From contig CAZKBG010000001.1 in the NCBI GenBank assembly GCA_964551375.1, positions 420,001-452,000 on the forward strand: DNA of 32,000 nucleotides. Direction: 5' to 3'. The stretch comes from an uncultured archaeon (GTDB lineage Archaea; Iainarchaeota; Iainarchaeia; Iainarchaeales; JAAZKV01). Shown here piece after piece: positions 14,409 through 23,311 of this stretch (positions are counted from its first letter, which is position 1; each line of letters starts with the position of its first letter). The notes beneath the pieces were generated by a model, which saw only the letters and a program-made list of their open reading frames with translations, made no database searches and was not told the origin of the DNA. Both the position numbers and the translations under genes were made by a program.

Positions 14409-14963
14409 ATGAAAACGCTTGAATATGACATAAGCGAAGCCTCAAGGCTTTTTTCTGAAAAAAAAGTCATGGATTTAAGGGGCTTAGGAAATCGGCTTAT
14501 TAGAGAAGCCGCGCTTGGAAATGATTACGCAAAAGCGGAGCTTGGCGTAATTGCATATGCTTTGCACAAAATTGAGACAAAACCCCACTTTATAAAAAGC
14601 CCGCAATGGGGAAAAATAAAACAGCTAATTACAAATGATTTCAATAAAGCGCAAAATGCGACAAGACAAAATGACGCAGCAACTTTAATGGCTGCACTAA
14701 AAGAGCTTATTAGAAATATTGTTCAAATAGACAATGAGCTTGGAAACTACGCGCAAGGAATATACGAAAAAGCAAAAGTAAAGCAGGCATCTTTAGCATA
14801 CAGCTACGGGTTAAGCGTGGCTCAATCTTCAGCCCTCACAGGAGCCGACCCAAAAGAGCTTCAAAGTTATATCGGATTTACAACAATGCATGATGAAGAG
14901 CTTGAAATAAAATCAATAAAAGAAAGAGTGGTTGAAATGAAGAAACTGCTCGAAGAGGATTGA
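14409..14963 (+). CDS. Hypothetical helical protein with C-terminal HTH-like segment (UPF0175-like antitoxin-type motif)
   Basis: The C-terminal KQASLAYSYGLSVAQSSALTGADPKELQSYIG resembles the UPF0175/COG2886 pattern (A..LY..G.LS.G.AA.LAG.....). It lies immediately upstream of a PIN-like gene. Confidence 0.35.
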   Translation: MKTLEYDISEASRLFSEKKVMDLRGLGNRLIREAALGNDYAKAELGVIAYALHKIETKPHFIKSPQWGKIKQLITNDFNKAQNATRQNDAATLMAALKELIRNIVQIDNELGNYAQGIYEKAKVKQASLAYSYGLSVAQSSALTGADPKELQSYIGFTTMHDEELEIKSIKERVVEMKKLLEED

Positions 14964-14977
14964 ATTTTGGTGAAAAC

Positions 14978-15664
14978 ATGAAGGCAGTAATTGACACAGG
15001 AACAATGATTACCCTTTCAGGAACATGCTTAATGAATGTGTTTAAGGGTTTTGTAAGAGCAAATAATATTGAGCTTTTAGTGTCAAGCACAGTTGCGGAA
15101 GAAAGCGTGTGGAAACCGCTTACAAATAAAAGATTTGCATTAAACGCCGCAAGAATAAAATACGCCATGACTGAAAAAACGGTGCAAGTAATTCCGTCAA
15201 ATCAGGAAATATCAAACATGGAGCAGAGGATACTAAATATTTCAAATAACTGCTTTTATGCGCAGGGAAGCCCAATGAAAATAATACAGGCAGGAGAAGC
15301 AGAAGCATTGGCTCTTGCAAAAATCTTCGGAGCAAAAGCGCTTTTTGTCGATGAAAGAACAACCCGCTCGCTTATTGAAAACCCAATCAGATTAAAACAG
15401 GTTCTTGAAAGAAGACAGGACCAGGAAATAACAATGAACGAAGCCAACATTAACACAATAAAAAATATGTTCCCAAAATTACTCATGTTTAGAAGCGTTG
15501 ATATAATCGCATCCGCATACGAACAAGGATTATTCAACCACGAACTTGCCCATGGAAAACTCGAGCTTGAAGCGGCATTATACGCCGCAAAATTCAACGG
15601 ATGCGCGGTAAGCGAAAAAGAAATACAGGAATACATAAGCACATACAGCGCGCACAAAAAATAA
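14978..15664 (+). CDS. PIN-like domain protein (COG2405/DUF3368-like)
   Basis: Contains MKAVIDTGTMITLS (first acidic residue), QAGEAEALALAKIFGAKALFVDERTTRSLI (the GEAEA.ALA....L..D(D/E)..(A/T)R signature) and SVDIIASAYEQGL. ATG 14978 is preceded by GGTGA (14968-14972). Confidence 0.5.
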   Translation: MKAVIDTGTMITLSGTCLMNVFKGFVRANNIELLVSSTVAEESVWKPLTNKRFALNAARIKYAMTEKTVQVIPSNQEISNMEQRILNISNNCFYAQGSPMKIIQAGEAEALALAKIFGAKALFVDERTTRSLIENPIRLKQVLERRQDQEITMNEANINTIKNMFPKLLMFRSVDIIASAYEQGLFNHELAHGKLELEAALYAAKFNGCAVSEKEIQEYISTYSAHKK

Positions 15665-15709
15665 AACAATAATATTTTTGCAAAGCAGTTATTTTCACGG
15701 TGAAGGAAT

Positions 15710-16183
15710 TTGAATATCGAAACCGCAAAACCGGAAGACGCGGCATGGCTCAACGAAAAAATAAGCGCTGAATTTCCCTACACAAAATTCACTCCTCAAA
15801 AAATAGAGGAAAAAATTAAGGACCCAAAATATCTTGTGCTTATAGCAAAGCAGGAAAACATTTACACAGGATTTAGCGAAATAGAGCTGTTTTTTGACAA
15901 AAAAGAAGCAAGATTAAACGGAATTTACGTGGAAGACTCGTGGAGAGACCAGGGAATAGCAAAAGCAATGATTGCAAGAATGATAGAGTACTGCAGGGCA
16001 AACAGCATAGAAAAACTATTTTTACTTGTGAAAAAAACAAACGAAGACGCAAAAGCGCTTTATAAAAAAACCAAATTCACTTTTGAAAAAATGCATGAAA
16101 AAGAAATTGAAGGAACGCCTGTTGAAGTCTGGTCGCAGATAATTCCAAAAGACAATCCCCACAGACACCATTTAATCAAGTAG
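15710..16183 (+). CDS. GNAT family N-acetyltransferase
   Basis: Contains LNGIYVEDSWRDQGIAKAMIARMIEYCRANSIEKLFLLVKKTNEDAKALYKKTKFTF, which matches acetyl-CoA-binding motif A (R/Q-x-x-G-x-A). TTG start is preceded by GGTGAAGG. Confidence 0.8.
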   Translation: MNIETAKPEDAAWLNEKISAEFPYTKFTPQKIEEKIKDPKYLVLIAKQENIYTGFSEIELFFDKKEARLNGIYVEDSWRDQGIAKAMIARMIEYCRANSIEKLFLLVKKTNEDAKALYKKTKFTFEKMHEKEIEGTPVEVWSQIIPKDNPHRHHLIK

Positions 16184-16681
16184 CAAATCTTCCATCGCTA
16201 CTTCTTTCTTCTTCTTAGGGTCAAGGAACTCTTCAATAATCGGCTCTTCAAAATTCGTTGGCGCTCGGAGCATTCCCTTCTCGATAACAATTTTTCCAAG
16301 ATGAGGAACTCTAACAAATGAAACCCCCCTGTGAGGGCCGTGAATCTGCGCTTTCAAAGTTATTTTCCCAGTTCTTATTACAACATGCTCTGGAAGAACA
16401 GCATAGCGCCACACTTCATCCTTTGGCTTTTTTAAAACAGCTTCAGCTATATCCAAAAGAGTTGAAGAAGGTTTGCTTGGCACAGCATGCGCTTCTTCAG
16501 GAGACTCTGCAGCATGAAGCAATTTAACATTAAATTCACCCATAAACCAAATGTGGCTGATTGGGTCAAACTTTGCCTTAGGAGTAACTAAATGCTGATA
16601 ACTCTTTCTTTTCCTTAATAGCGCCAACAAAACACCTTTATTAAAAAGGGTTTTCTTAATAAAAAAGATTGCTATCCGCAT
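16172..16681 (-). CDS. Hypothetical protein
   Basis: A 169-aa ORF with TATAAAT (minus strand, 16727-16721) about 40 nt upstream. I recognise no family. Its 3' end overlaps the convergent GNAT gene by 12 nt. Confidence 0.4.
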   Translation of the reverse strand: MRIAIFFIKKTLFNKGVLLALLRKRKSYQHLVTPKAKFDPISHIWFMGEFNVKLLHAAESPEEAHAVPSKPSSTLLDIAEAVLKKPKDEVWRYAVLPEHVVIRTGKITLKAQIHGPHRGVSFVRVPHLGKIVIEKGMLRAPTNFEEPIIEEFLDPKKKKEVAMEDLLLD

Positions 16682-16794
16682 AAAAGAGCAAAAATATGAA
16701 AAAATGCCCCAAAAATAAGTATTTATACCATAAAATGCAGCACTAAAATCAAAGAAAAATTATCTAAAAAAAAAGAAAAATACAATAGGAAGCC

Positions 16795-17616
16795 CTATTG
16801 TATTTCAAACACTACTGAAACTTCAGCAGTAACACTCACATCATTTGGAGTGATTGGAGTCGGAGCTTTTGCTGCAACCAAATCCATTGCTCCTGAAGAA
16901 TTGCTGTAGTTAGGATAATAGAAGTAAGAATTTTCAGTTATTGATTTAATCTTACCAATTGATACTCCCAAGCCTTGCCCAATACTATCAGCTTTTGATT
17001 TAGCAAGAGAACCCGCTTCTTTTAAAGCAGCAAGCTTTACTTCAAGCTCTTTGTCTTTGCTTAAACCGAATGAAATGCTTGACACGCTGTTTGCTCCCGC
17101 ATTTACCGCAGCGTCAATTACTCTTCCAGCCCCGCTAACATCAGCGCCGTTTAGGGTAACCTTGATCTGATTAGTTGTTCTATACCCAACCGAAACAGAT
17201 TTTCGCTCAATATCATTCCACTCAAACTCTTCGTTAACCGAATAGCCAAGAGTTTTTACATCGGCCCTAACTGAACTCATTGAAGTAAGAGCGCTATTCA
17301 CTCTATCCGCAATTTCAGCATTATCAGACTGGCTCTTCTGAGCTGATTTATCAAGCGTCTGAACGCTTAATACAATTTCAACCTTGTCAGGAGCAACTAT
17401 TTTTTCAACAGTCCCTGAAGAAGACAATGTTCGCACATTATCATTTCCATTTAAACCGTCAACCTGAATTGTCCCAATTTGAGCCGGTTTTGCTGTAGAA
17501 CTTCCAATGCTAAAAGCAATCATTACAATTGCCACAAGCACCAAAATTCCAACTATCATAAAAGGAGCTTTATGCATGCAAGAAGCACCTTCACTTTCAA
17601 AAGAATTTCTACTCAT
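16795..17616 (-). CDS. SIMPL/DUF541 family membrane-anchored protein
   Basis: N-terminal TM segment APFMIVGILVLVAIVMIAF, then ...VEIVLSVQTLDKSAQKSQSDNAEIADRV...VGYRTTNQIKVTL...AGRVIDAAVNAGANSVSSISFGLSKDKELEVKLAALKEA, typical of DUF541. ATG 17616 is preceded by GGAGGG at 6-nt spacing. Confidence 0.8.
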   Translation of the reverse strand: MSRNSFESEGASCMHKAPFMIVGILVLVAIVMIAFSIGSSTAKPAQIGTIQVDGLNGNDNVRTLSSSGTVEKIVAPDKVEIVLSVQTLDKSAQKSQSDNAEIADRVNSALTSMSSVRADVKTLGYSVNEEFEWNDIERKSVSVGYRTTNQIKVTLNGADVSGAGRVIDAAVNAGANSVSSISFGLSKDKELEVKLAALKEAGSLAKSKADSIGQGLGVSIGKIKSITENSYFYYPNYSNSSGAMDLVAAKAPTPITPNDVSVTAEVSVVFEIQ

Positions 17617-17736
17617 AGAATTCCCTCCATTTAACCAAAACTCAGACAAAATCTGTTTAAAAGCAAATCGATAAACTCAGGAAAAAGCCGTAAATGGACA
17701 GGAAAGATATTTATTCAATAAAAATCTATTATACGC

Positions 17737-18489
17737 ATGGAAAAAGTTGAATTTATCAACCCACGCGGAATAACTATTTCAGCCAACTTTTGGCCGACAA
17801 ACAAAGACGCTGTAATAATAATGAGCCACGGATTCACAGGAGACAAAAGCGAATGGGGAAAATTTGACAAAATCGCAAAAGAGCTTCACTCAAAAGGATA
17901 CGCAGTCCTAAGCTATGACTTTTCAGGGTGCGGAGAAAGTGGAGACGATTCAATAACAATCGCAAAAGAGCTTGAAGACCTTTCAACCGCGATAACATTT
18001 GTAAAAGCGCTCGGATACAAAAACGTGGGACTCTTCGGACACAGCCTTGGAGGATTTATCAGCCTCAAATCTTACGCTCCGCAAATTAAAACAATGGTGC
18101 TAACTGCGCCAGTGACACACTCTTCTGAAAATGACTGGGGAGAACGATTCACAAAAGAACAGCGAGCAGAAGCAAAAAAAACAGGGGTAATAATTAAGAC
18201 ACGAAATAAAGGCGTTAGGAAAAAAATTGTTATTGGAAAAGAAATTATAAAAGAAAGAAATAACATAAACCCAAAAGACTACCTTCGCAAGATAAACTGC
18301 CCTGTTTTAATAATTCACGGAGACAAAGACGAAGATATTCCGGTACAGCATTCAGAACTTGCTATGAAACAACTTCCAAAAGGCTCAAAAATTGAAATAC
18401 TAAAAGGCGCAAACCATGATTATGAAAAGCAGATAAATAAAGTCGCAAAAATCACTACAAAATGGTTTCTAAAACAAATGAAAATCTGA
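17737..18489 (+). CDS. Alpha/beta-fold hydrolase
   Basis: Nucleophile elbow GHSLGG, acid region LIIHGDKDEDIP and His region GANHDY. N-terminal HGFTGDK resembles an oxyanion-hole segment. Confidence 0.8.
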   Translation: MEKVEFINPRGITISANFWPTNKDAVIIMSHGFTGDKSEWGKFDKIAKELHSKGYAVLSYDFSGCGESGDDSITIAKELEDLSTAITFVKALGYKNVGLFGHSLGGFISLKSYAPQIKTMVLTAPVTHSSENDWGERFTKEQRAEAKKTGVIIKTRNKGVRKKIVIGKEIIKERNNINPKDYLRKINCPVLIIHGDKDEDIPVQHSELAMKQLPKGSKIEILKGANHDYEKQINKVAKITTKWFLKQMKI

Positions 18490-18745
18490 CATAAACAATA
18501 TTCAAAAAATAAATTACACTAATAAAAAAATATTCCTAAAAACATTTATCCTTGAATGAGCCGCCAAGTCTTTTTTTGATCTTTTTCTTTTGTATAAACA
18601 TAAATATCCATCTCCGCAAATATGCGCTGCAATTTCTGCCTCTTCAACTGAACACGAATCAAAATCTATTTGAATAAGACCACAAAAATAGAAATTGATT
18701 TGGCGAATTTATTTCTTTTCCAGCTACTTTGCCGGTTAAAAATAA

Positions 18746-18818
18746 TGGGGATGCGAGGATTTGAACCCCGGTTTGACGCTCCCAAAGCGCCGGTCCTACC
18801 AGGCTAGACTACATCCCC
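18746..18818 (-). tRNA. tRNA-Pro (anticodon UGG)
   Basis: Minus strand reads GGGGATG TA GTCT AGCCTGGTA GGAC C GGCGC TTTGGGA GCGTC AAAC CGGGG TTCAAAT CCTCG CATCCCC A. This gives a full cloverleaf with G37. No CCA is encoded. Confidence 0.9.
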
Positions 18819-18897
18819 TTAATCGCCAACATCAACTTTAACTACTAAGTATAAAACGCCAAGCAGGGTTTTTAAAAGTTTGGAGAAGGCAAAAACT

Positions 18898-19386
18898 CTA
18901 CTTCTTCGGCTTATCCTTTGATTTCATCTTCTCATTCTTCACTTCAATCTCGCTCTGCACAAAAAAATAAACTATTGAAAATGCTGAAAAAGGAAGCCGC
19001 AGCCAGTCAGGAACCATGGAAAAAATAAAAAGCATAATCCAAAGAGGCAGAAAGTTTTTTGCAACAGTTTTCATGCTCTGCTTTAACACAACTTTTTGAG
19101 CCCAGACAAAAACAAGAACAACAATAACGCCAACCCAAATTGAAGGAATGTTCAAAAATGAAGCCAAAAGAGCCCCCGCCATTGAAATAGCGGAAATTTC
19201 AACCGCCTTATCCCACGCCTTATCTTCAGTAGCCCTTATTCCAAGATATGTAAAGATTAAAAGAAAGCAGAAAATGAAGAGCGTGCTAAACCAGCCCATT
19301 GCGAAAACATCAAGCCCTGCGAAATACTCAGCACCCATGCCCATAAATAAAATACCTAAAGAGGAGTATAAAAGGATTATTACCAA
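18898..19386 (-). CDS. Hypothetical polytopic membrane protein
   Basis: Four to five hydrophobic helices and a Lys-rich C-terminus. TTG start, so the start is uncertain. Confidence 0.5.
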   Translation of the reverse strand: MVIILLYSSLGILFMGMGAEYFAGLDVFAMGWFSTLFIFCFLLIFTYLGIRATEDKAWDKAVEISAISMAGALLASFLNIPSIWVGVIVVLVFVWAQKVVLKQSMKTVAKNFLPLWIMLFIFSMVPDWLRLPFSAFSIVYFFVQSEIEVKNEKMKSKDKPKK

Positions 19387-19416
19387 CTATAAGTTAGAAG
19401 TCATAGTGTGATTAAA

Positions 19417-21258
19417 ATGCTGTTTAAAGAAGCAAGTGGATACTTTGACAAAATAGAGCAGGCATCATCAAGGCTTGTGATGACAGATTATTTAGCCGAG
19501 CTTTTTGAAAAAATGCCTTCAACTGACGCTAAAAAAATAGTTTATCTTCTGCAGGGAAGAATCGCGCCCCAATTTGAAGGAAAAGAAATTGGGTTTGGAG
19601 AAAAACTAATCGCTGAAGGAATAGCAAAAGCAACTGGATTTACTAGAGAAGAAGTTGATAAGAAATTCAACGAAACGGGAGACCTTGGAAACACCGCTGA
19701 AGAATTTACAAAGAGAAGAAAACAGCAGGGATTAAGCGCGCAAGAACTTACTATTGAAAAAGTATTTGCAAACTTAAAAAAAATGTCCGAAACTGAAGGA
19801 ACTGGAAGCCAGGAGCTGAAGAAAAAACTTCTCGCAGAGCTTTTCAACTCAGCATCTCCGACAGAAGCAAGATACATCGGCAGAATTCCGCTTGGAAATA
19901 TGCGGCTTGGAGTGGGCGACCCCACAATTATGGATGCATTCGCAATGGTGCTCACAAAAGAAGCGCAGGAAAAGCTTGAAAAGACAAAAAAAGATGCTAA
20001 AAGTAAAAAAGAAAATAAGGCAATTGAAGATGCGCAGAGAAAACTAAAAGTTGAGATACGCGAAAAAATTGAAGGCGCGTATAATATATTTTCTGATCTT
20101 GGAGAGCTATCTGAACTGCTCAAAAGCAAAGGTCTTAAGGGACTTAGAGAAATACACATAAAACCTGGGACTCCAATACGCCCAACCGCGGCTGAAAGAC
20201 TCCCGAGCGCAAAAGAAATAATCGAGAAACTCGGCAAATGCGCGGTTGAAGCAAAATATGACGGATTTAGAATGCAAATAAGCAAAGACGGGGAGAAAGT
20301 AAAAATATTTTCAAGGCACAGCGAAGAAATCACCCAAATGTTTCCCGAAATAATTGAAGCGGTTAGAAAGCAAATAAAAGCGAAAAAATGCATTGTGGAA
20401 GGAGAAGCGCTGGCATATAATGACGAGACGCAGGAATACTACCCTTTTCAAATAACAATACAAAGGAAAAGAAAATATGAAGTGGAGAAGAAGGCAAAAG
20501 AATACCCGCTCAAATTATTTTTGTTTGATATAATGTACTGCGAAGGGGAAAGCCAGATGGAAAAACCTTTTGCTCTCCGAAGAGAAAAACTTGCAAGCAT
20601 CTTAAATGAAGGCGAAATAATTGTATTAAGCGAACAAAAAATTGTCACAACCCCAGAAGAGCTTGAAAAATTCTTCACTGAAAAAGTCGCGCAAGGATTG
20701 GAAGGAATAATGGCAAAAGACTTAAGCGCGCCCTACATTGCAGGAGCGAGAAAATTTGCTTGGATTAAATTAAAGCGCTCGTTTAAGGGAAGCTTAAACG
20801 ACACAGTGGACCTTGCAATAATCGGATATTACACTGGAAAGGGAAAAAGAACTGAATTCGGACTCGGAGCGCTACTTGTCGCATCGTATAATGGCAAAAA
20901 TGATTTATTTGAAAGCGTTGCAAAAATAGGAACAGGAATGAGCGAAGAAATGCTTTCTGAACTTGAAAAAATACTCTCGAAAATCACTGCAAAATCAAAG
21001 CCTGCAAGAGTGGTATCCGAACTAACTCCTGATTTTTGGGTGCAGCCACAGTATGTAATTGAAACACTTGCTGATGAAATTACTGAAAGCCCGCTTCACT
21101 CATGCGGCAAAGAAGCAGGGAAAGGATACGCGCTAAGATTTCCACGAATGATAAAAATTAGAAGCGAGAAAAAGGCGGAAGAAGCAACTACCACTGAAGA
21201 GATAATAAAAATGTACAAAATGCAGAAAAGAGTGGCAATGGAAAACCAGCAGGAATAA
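19417..21258 (+). CDS. lig: ATP-dependent DNA ligase
   Basis: Adenylation motif I EAKYDGFRMQI. N-terminus MLFKEASGYFDKIEQASSRL is typical of archaeal Lig. Later motifs are LFLFDIMY, EGIMAK and WIKLK. The ATG at 19417 is preferred over the ORF-track GTG at 19408. Confidence 0.92.
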   Translation: MLFKEASGYFDKIEQASSRLVMTDYLAELFEKMPSTDAKKIVYLLQGRIAPQFEGKEIGFGEKLIAEGIAKATGFTREEVDKKFNETGDLGNTAEEFTKRRKQQGLSAQELTIEKVFANLKKMSETEGTGSQELKKKLLAELFNSASPTEARYIGRIPLGNMRLGVGDPTIMDAFAMVLTKEAQEKLEKTKKDAKSKKENKAIEDAQRKLKVEIREKIEGAYNIFSDLGELSELLKSKGLKGLREIHIKPGTPIRPTAAERLPSAKEIIEKLGKCAVEAKYDGFRMQISKDGEKVKIFSRHSEEITQMFPEIIEAVRKQIKAKKCIVEGEALAYNDETQEYYPFQITIQRKRKYEVEKKAKEYPLKLFLFDIMYCEGESQMEKPFALRREKLASILNEGEIIVLSEQKIVTTPEELEKFFTEKVAQGLEGIMAKDLSAPYIAGARKFAWIKLKRSFKGSLNDTVDLAIIGYYTGKGKRTEFGLGALLVASYNGKNDLFESVAKIGTGMSEEMLSELEKILSKITAKSKPARVVSELTPDFWVQPQYVIETLADEITESPLHSCGKEAGKGYALRFPRMIKIRSEKKAEEATTTEEIIKMYKMQKRVAMENQQE

Positions 21259-21327
21259 CTATTTTTAACAGAGCTTATTTTAGCTAAGCAAGTAAGGTTT
21301 AAGTATTGAAAAACCGTATTTTAGCTT

Positions 21328-21537
21328 ATGAAAATATTCAAGTTTCTAACCCTTATGCTTTCACTAATAGTTGTGCTTTGGCTACTCTTTGGAATAGAAT
21401 TATACAAACACGACTGGGTGGCAATATTTTTGCATACAGACAATTACCCAATGCTCATAATAGTTTTTGTTGGGGCGCTTGTGGTAGGAATGATTATAAA
21501 AAAGCTTTTTGTAATTGAATACAAATTATTGAAGTGA
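21328..21537 (+). CDS. Small two-TM membrane protein
   Basis: MKIFKFLTLMLSLIVVLWLLFG...MLIIVFVGALVVGMIIKKLF. It ends 4 nt before the next gene's ATG. The overlapping alternative frame 21306..21518 has no such features. Confidence 0.45.
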   Translation: MKIFKFLTLMLSLIVVLWLLFGIELYKHDWVAIFLHTDNYPMLIIVFVGALVVGMIIKKLFVIEYKLLK

Positions 21538-21541
21538 TTTT

Positions 21542-22495
21542 ATGAACGCAATGCAGTTAGTGGTTTTTGGAATAGTCGCAGTGGCAATGCTTGCGGTGTT
21601 TGCTTATGTTATTACCCCGACTGTTCCAAACAGCGTTGATATTATAAAAAATTCTCTGCAAGACGCGCAAGTCCCAGGAAATATGGGGAAAACAATTTCT
21701 CTTGGAGCGCTTCCTTACCCAAAAAACGCAACAATAGGAAAAGAAGACCTTACTTACTCGCAAATGAGCGTTGCAATTGAATGCACAAGCGCAAGAGAAT
21801 GCTGCCCAAGAGACGCGGACCTTGGCGGGAAGAAATGCGACAAAGTATTATCATGGGATTATGACCATCTCACAGTAAGCACTGATAAGAGAATTGACAC
21901 TTATGTTAGATGCCTCTCGGAAAAAGGATACCCTGTGTGCAGAGTATACTTTGGAAGCGCGCCCGCGCAGGCAAAAATTGACTCTATTTCAAAGCCTGTT
22001 GAAACTCAAAGCGGGGAAATTAATCTCACAGTTACAATAAAAAATCTTGGCGCGGTTCCCGCTCCAATCGGAGAAAACTCCTTAGTGCTTCTTAAAAAAG
22101 TAAACGGCGACTGGCAGGAAAGCGATTATGATTCAAATGCAAAAGAAACTCCGGCAGTAATGCCAGGGGAAAAGCAAATAATGTACTGGACAATCAGCCC
22201 TAAGAATATCGGCGAATACAAGGCACGATTTAGGTACTCCGCGCTTGATTCAGGATTTGATGAGAAAAGCGTTGATTTTAACAGAGCGGTTATGAGTCAG
22301 TGCAACAGAACTGAAGGAACCACAACAATATTCGACCCTGAAAGCCAAAAATTTTGGGAAATACACAACTGCGAAAACTGCAACTATTCCTTTGAATGCG
22401 TCGCAGCATGGGCTAATTATACTAAAAAAGAATTCTTTGGAATCAACGCAACAAGCGCATACTGCAATAAAGACACAGAAAATGGAAGCTGTTAA
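21542..22495 (+). CDS. Secreted or membrane-anchored Cys-rich protein with a CARDB-like beta-sandwich segment
   Basis: N-terminal anchor is LVVFGIVAVAMLAVFAYVI. I count 14 Cys clustered at both ends. The middle segment GEINLTVTIKNLGAVPAPIGENSLVLLKK resembles CARDB-type domains. Confidence 0.55.
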   Translation: MNAMQLVVFGIVAVAMLAVFAYVITPTVPNSVDIIKNSLQDAQVPGNMGKTISLGALPYPKNATIGKEDLTYSQMSVAIECTSARECCPRDADLGGKKCDKVLSWDYDHLTVSTDKRIDTYVRCLSEKGYPVCRVYFGSAPAQAKIDSISKPVETQSGEINLTVTIKNLGAVPAPIGENSLVLLKKVNGDWQESDYDSNAKETPAVMPGEKQIMYWTISPKNIGEYKARFRYSALDSGFDEKSVDFNRAVMSQCNRTEGTTTIFDPESQKFWEIHNCENCNYSFECVAAWANYTKKEFFGINATSAYCNKDTENGSC

Positions 22496-22516
22496 AATTA
22501 CTTTTCCAGCTATACT

Positions 22517-23311
22517 TTAATCTCTTTTTAAGAAAGAAAGCAAAAGAAGCACTGTTGAAAATACAACCAAATACCCTATTTCAAATATAAATTCTGAAAT
22601 ATAAATTCCTTTAACTATAAGCCCCAAAAGAAGGTTATTTGCCACAGTCATTGGAAGATAGGAACTGACAAACTGCATTACTCCCCCCATCGCATTTATT
22701 GGAAAAATTATCCCGCTTAAAAAAAGCATTGGGACAATTAAAAGCAAAGTGGCAAGAACTGCTGTTGACTGGCTTTTTGCAAAAGATGCTACTAAAAGCC
22801 CCATTGAAATAAAAGCCACTGAAACAAGAATCACTGCCAAAAGCAGATTCCACACTGGAACGTTTAGAACAAGCCCAAAACCAAAAGTGCTTACTCCCAT
22901 TAAAGAAAAAGGAAGCTCAAATTTTGAGAATGCAACCGCAAATATTATGCCTGCTTCAAGAAGCGCAATGGCAAACTGCCCAAATACTCTCCCTAAAATA
23001 AACATAAAGCGCCAAGTCACACTTAAATTTAGGCGGAGAGTAACGGACTGCACTCGTTCAATAATCACCGTTATTGAAGAAAGAAGCATACAAGTCAAAA
23101 TAAGCACAATTACAACTAAATTTGATACAAGAATCCCGAAATTGCTTCCCTCAAAAGCAATGCCTGTGAGCCCAACCACAAACAAAGGATAAAGAATAAT
23201 TAAAAGAATTGCAAACCTCTGGCTCTTTACAATCGCAACTTCCTTTGAAGCAATCGCAATCAATTTCAGAAGATGGCTTATAATCGGAATTTTTTCAATC
23301 ATTTTGCCCAC
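22517..23311 (-). CDS. ABC-2 type transporter permease
   Basis: Six hydrophobic helices. It overlaps the upstream ABC ATPase gene by 17 nt. Confidence 0.7.
   Translation of the reverse strand: MGKMIEKIPIISHLLKLIAIASKEVAIVKSQRFAILLIILYPLFVVGLTGIAFEGSNFGILVSNLVVIVLILTCMLLSSITVIIERVQSVTLRLNLSVTWRFMFILGRVFGQFAIALLEAGIIFAVAFSKFELPFSLMGVSTFGFGLVLNVPVWNLLLAVILVSVAFISMGLLVASFAKSQSTAVLATLLLIVPMLFLSGIIFPINAMGGVMQFVSSYLPMTVANNLLLGLIVKGIYISEFIFEIGYLVVFSTVLLLLSFLKRD

Noticed and set aside
18820-18829. 10-mer TAATCGCCAA repeated at 18820-18829 (upstream of tRNA-Pro) and 25717-25726 (downstream of gatD)
   Set aside because: Flanking sequence shows no further similarity. Two copies of a 10-mer is mildly unexpected but does not support a repeat element or shared regulatory site.
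18898-19386. 162-aa polytopic membrane protein as the missing prepilin peptidase
   Set aside because: It is too short, and it lacks the paired catalytic Asp / GxGD-type motif of A24-family peptidases (PibD/FlaK/EppA).
19542-20393. 283-aa minus-strand ORF, plus similar long antisense ORFs at 4434..5063(-), 15256..15753(-), 22749..23192(+), 27935..28306(-), 29569..30051(-) and 30674..31105(-)
   Set aside because: Each lies inside, and antisense to, a gene with clear family motifs (lig, platform protein, PIN-like, ABC-2 permease, gatE, DUF362, MFS). The products are low-complexity Ser/Phe/Leu-rich.
21306-21518. 70-aa plus-strand ORF overlapping 21328..21537 in another frame
   Set aside because: The alternative frame (21328..21537) encodes a clean two-TM protein and couples to the next gene. 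This frame gives a featureless product.
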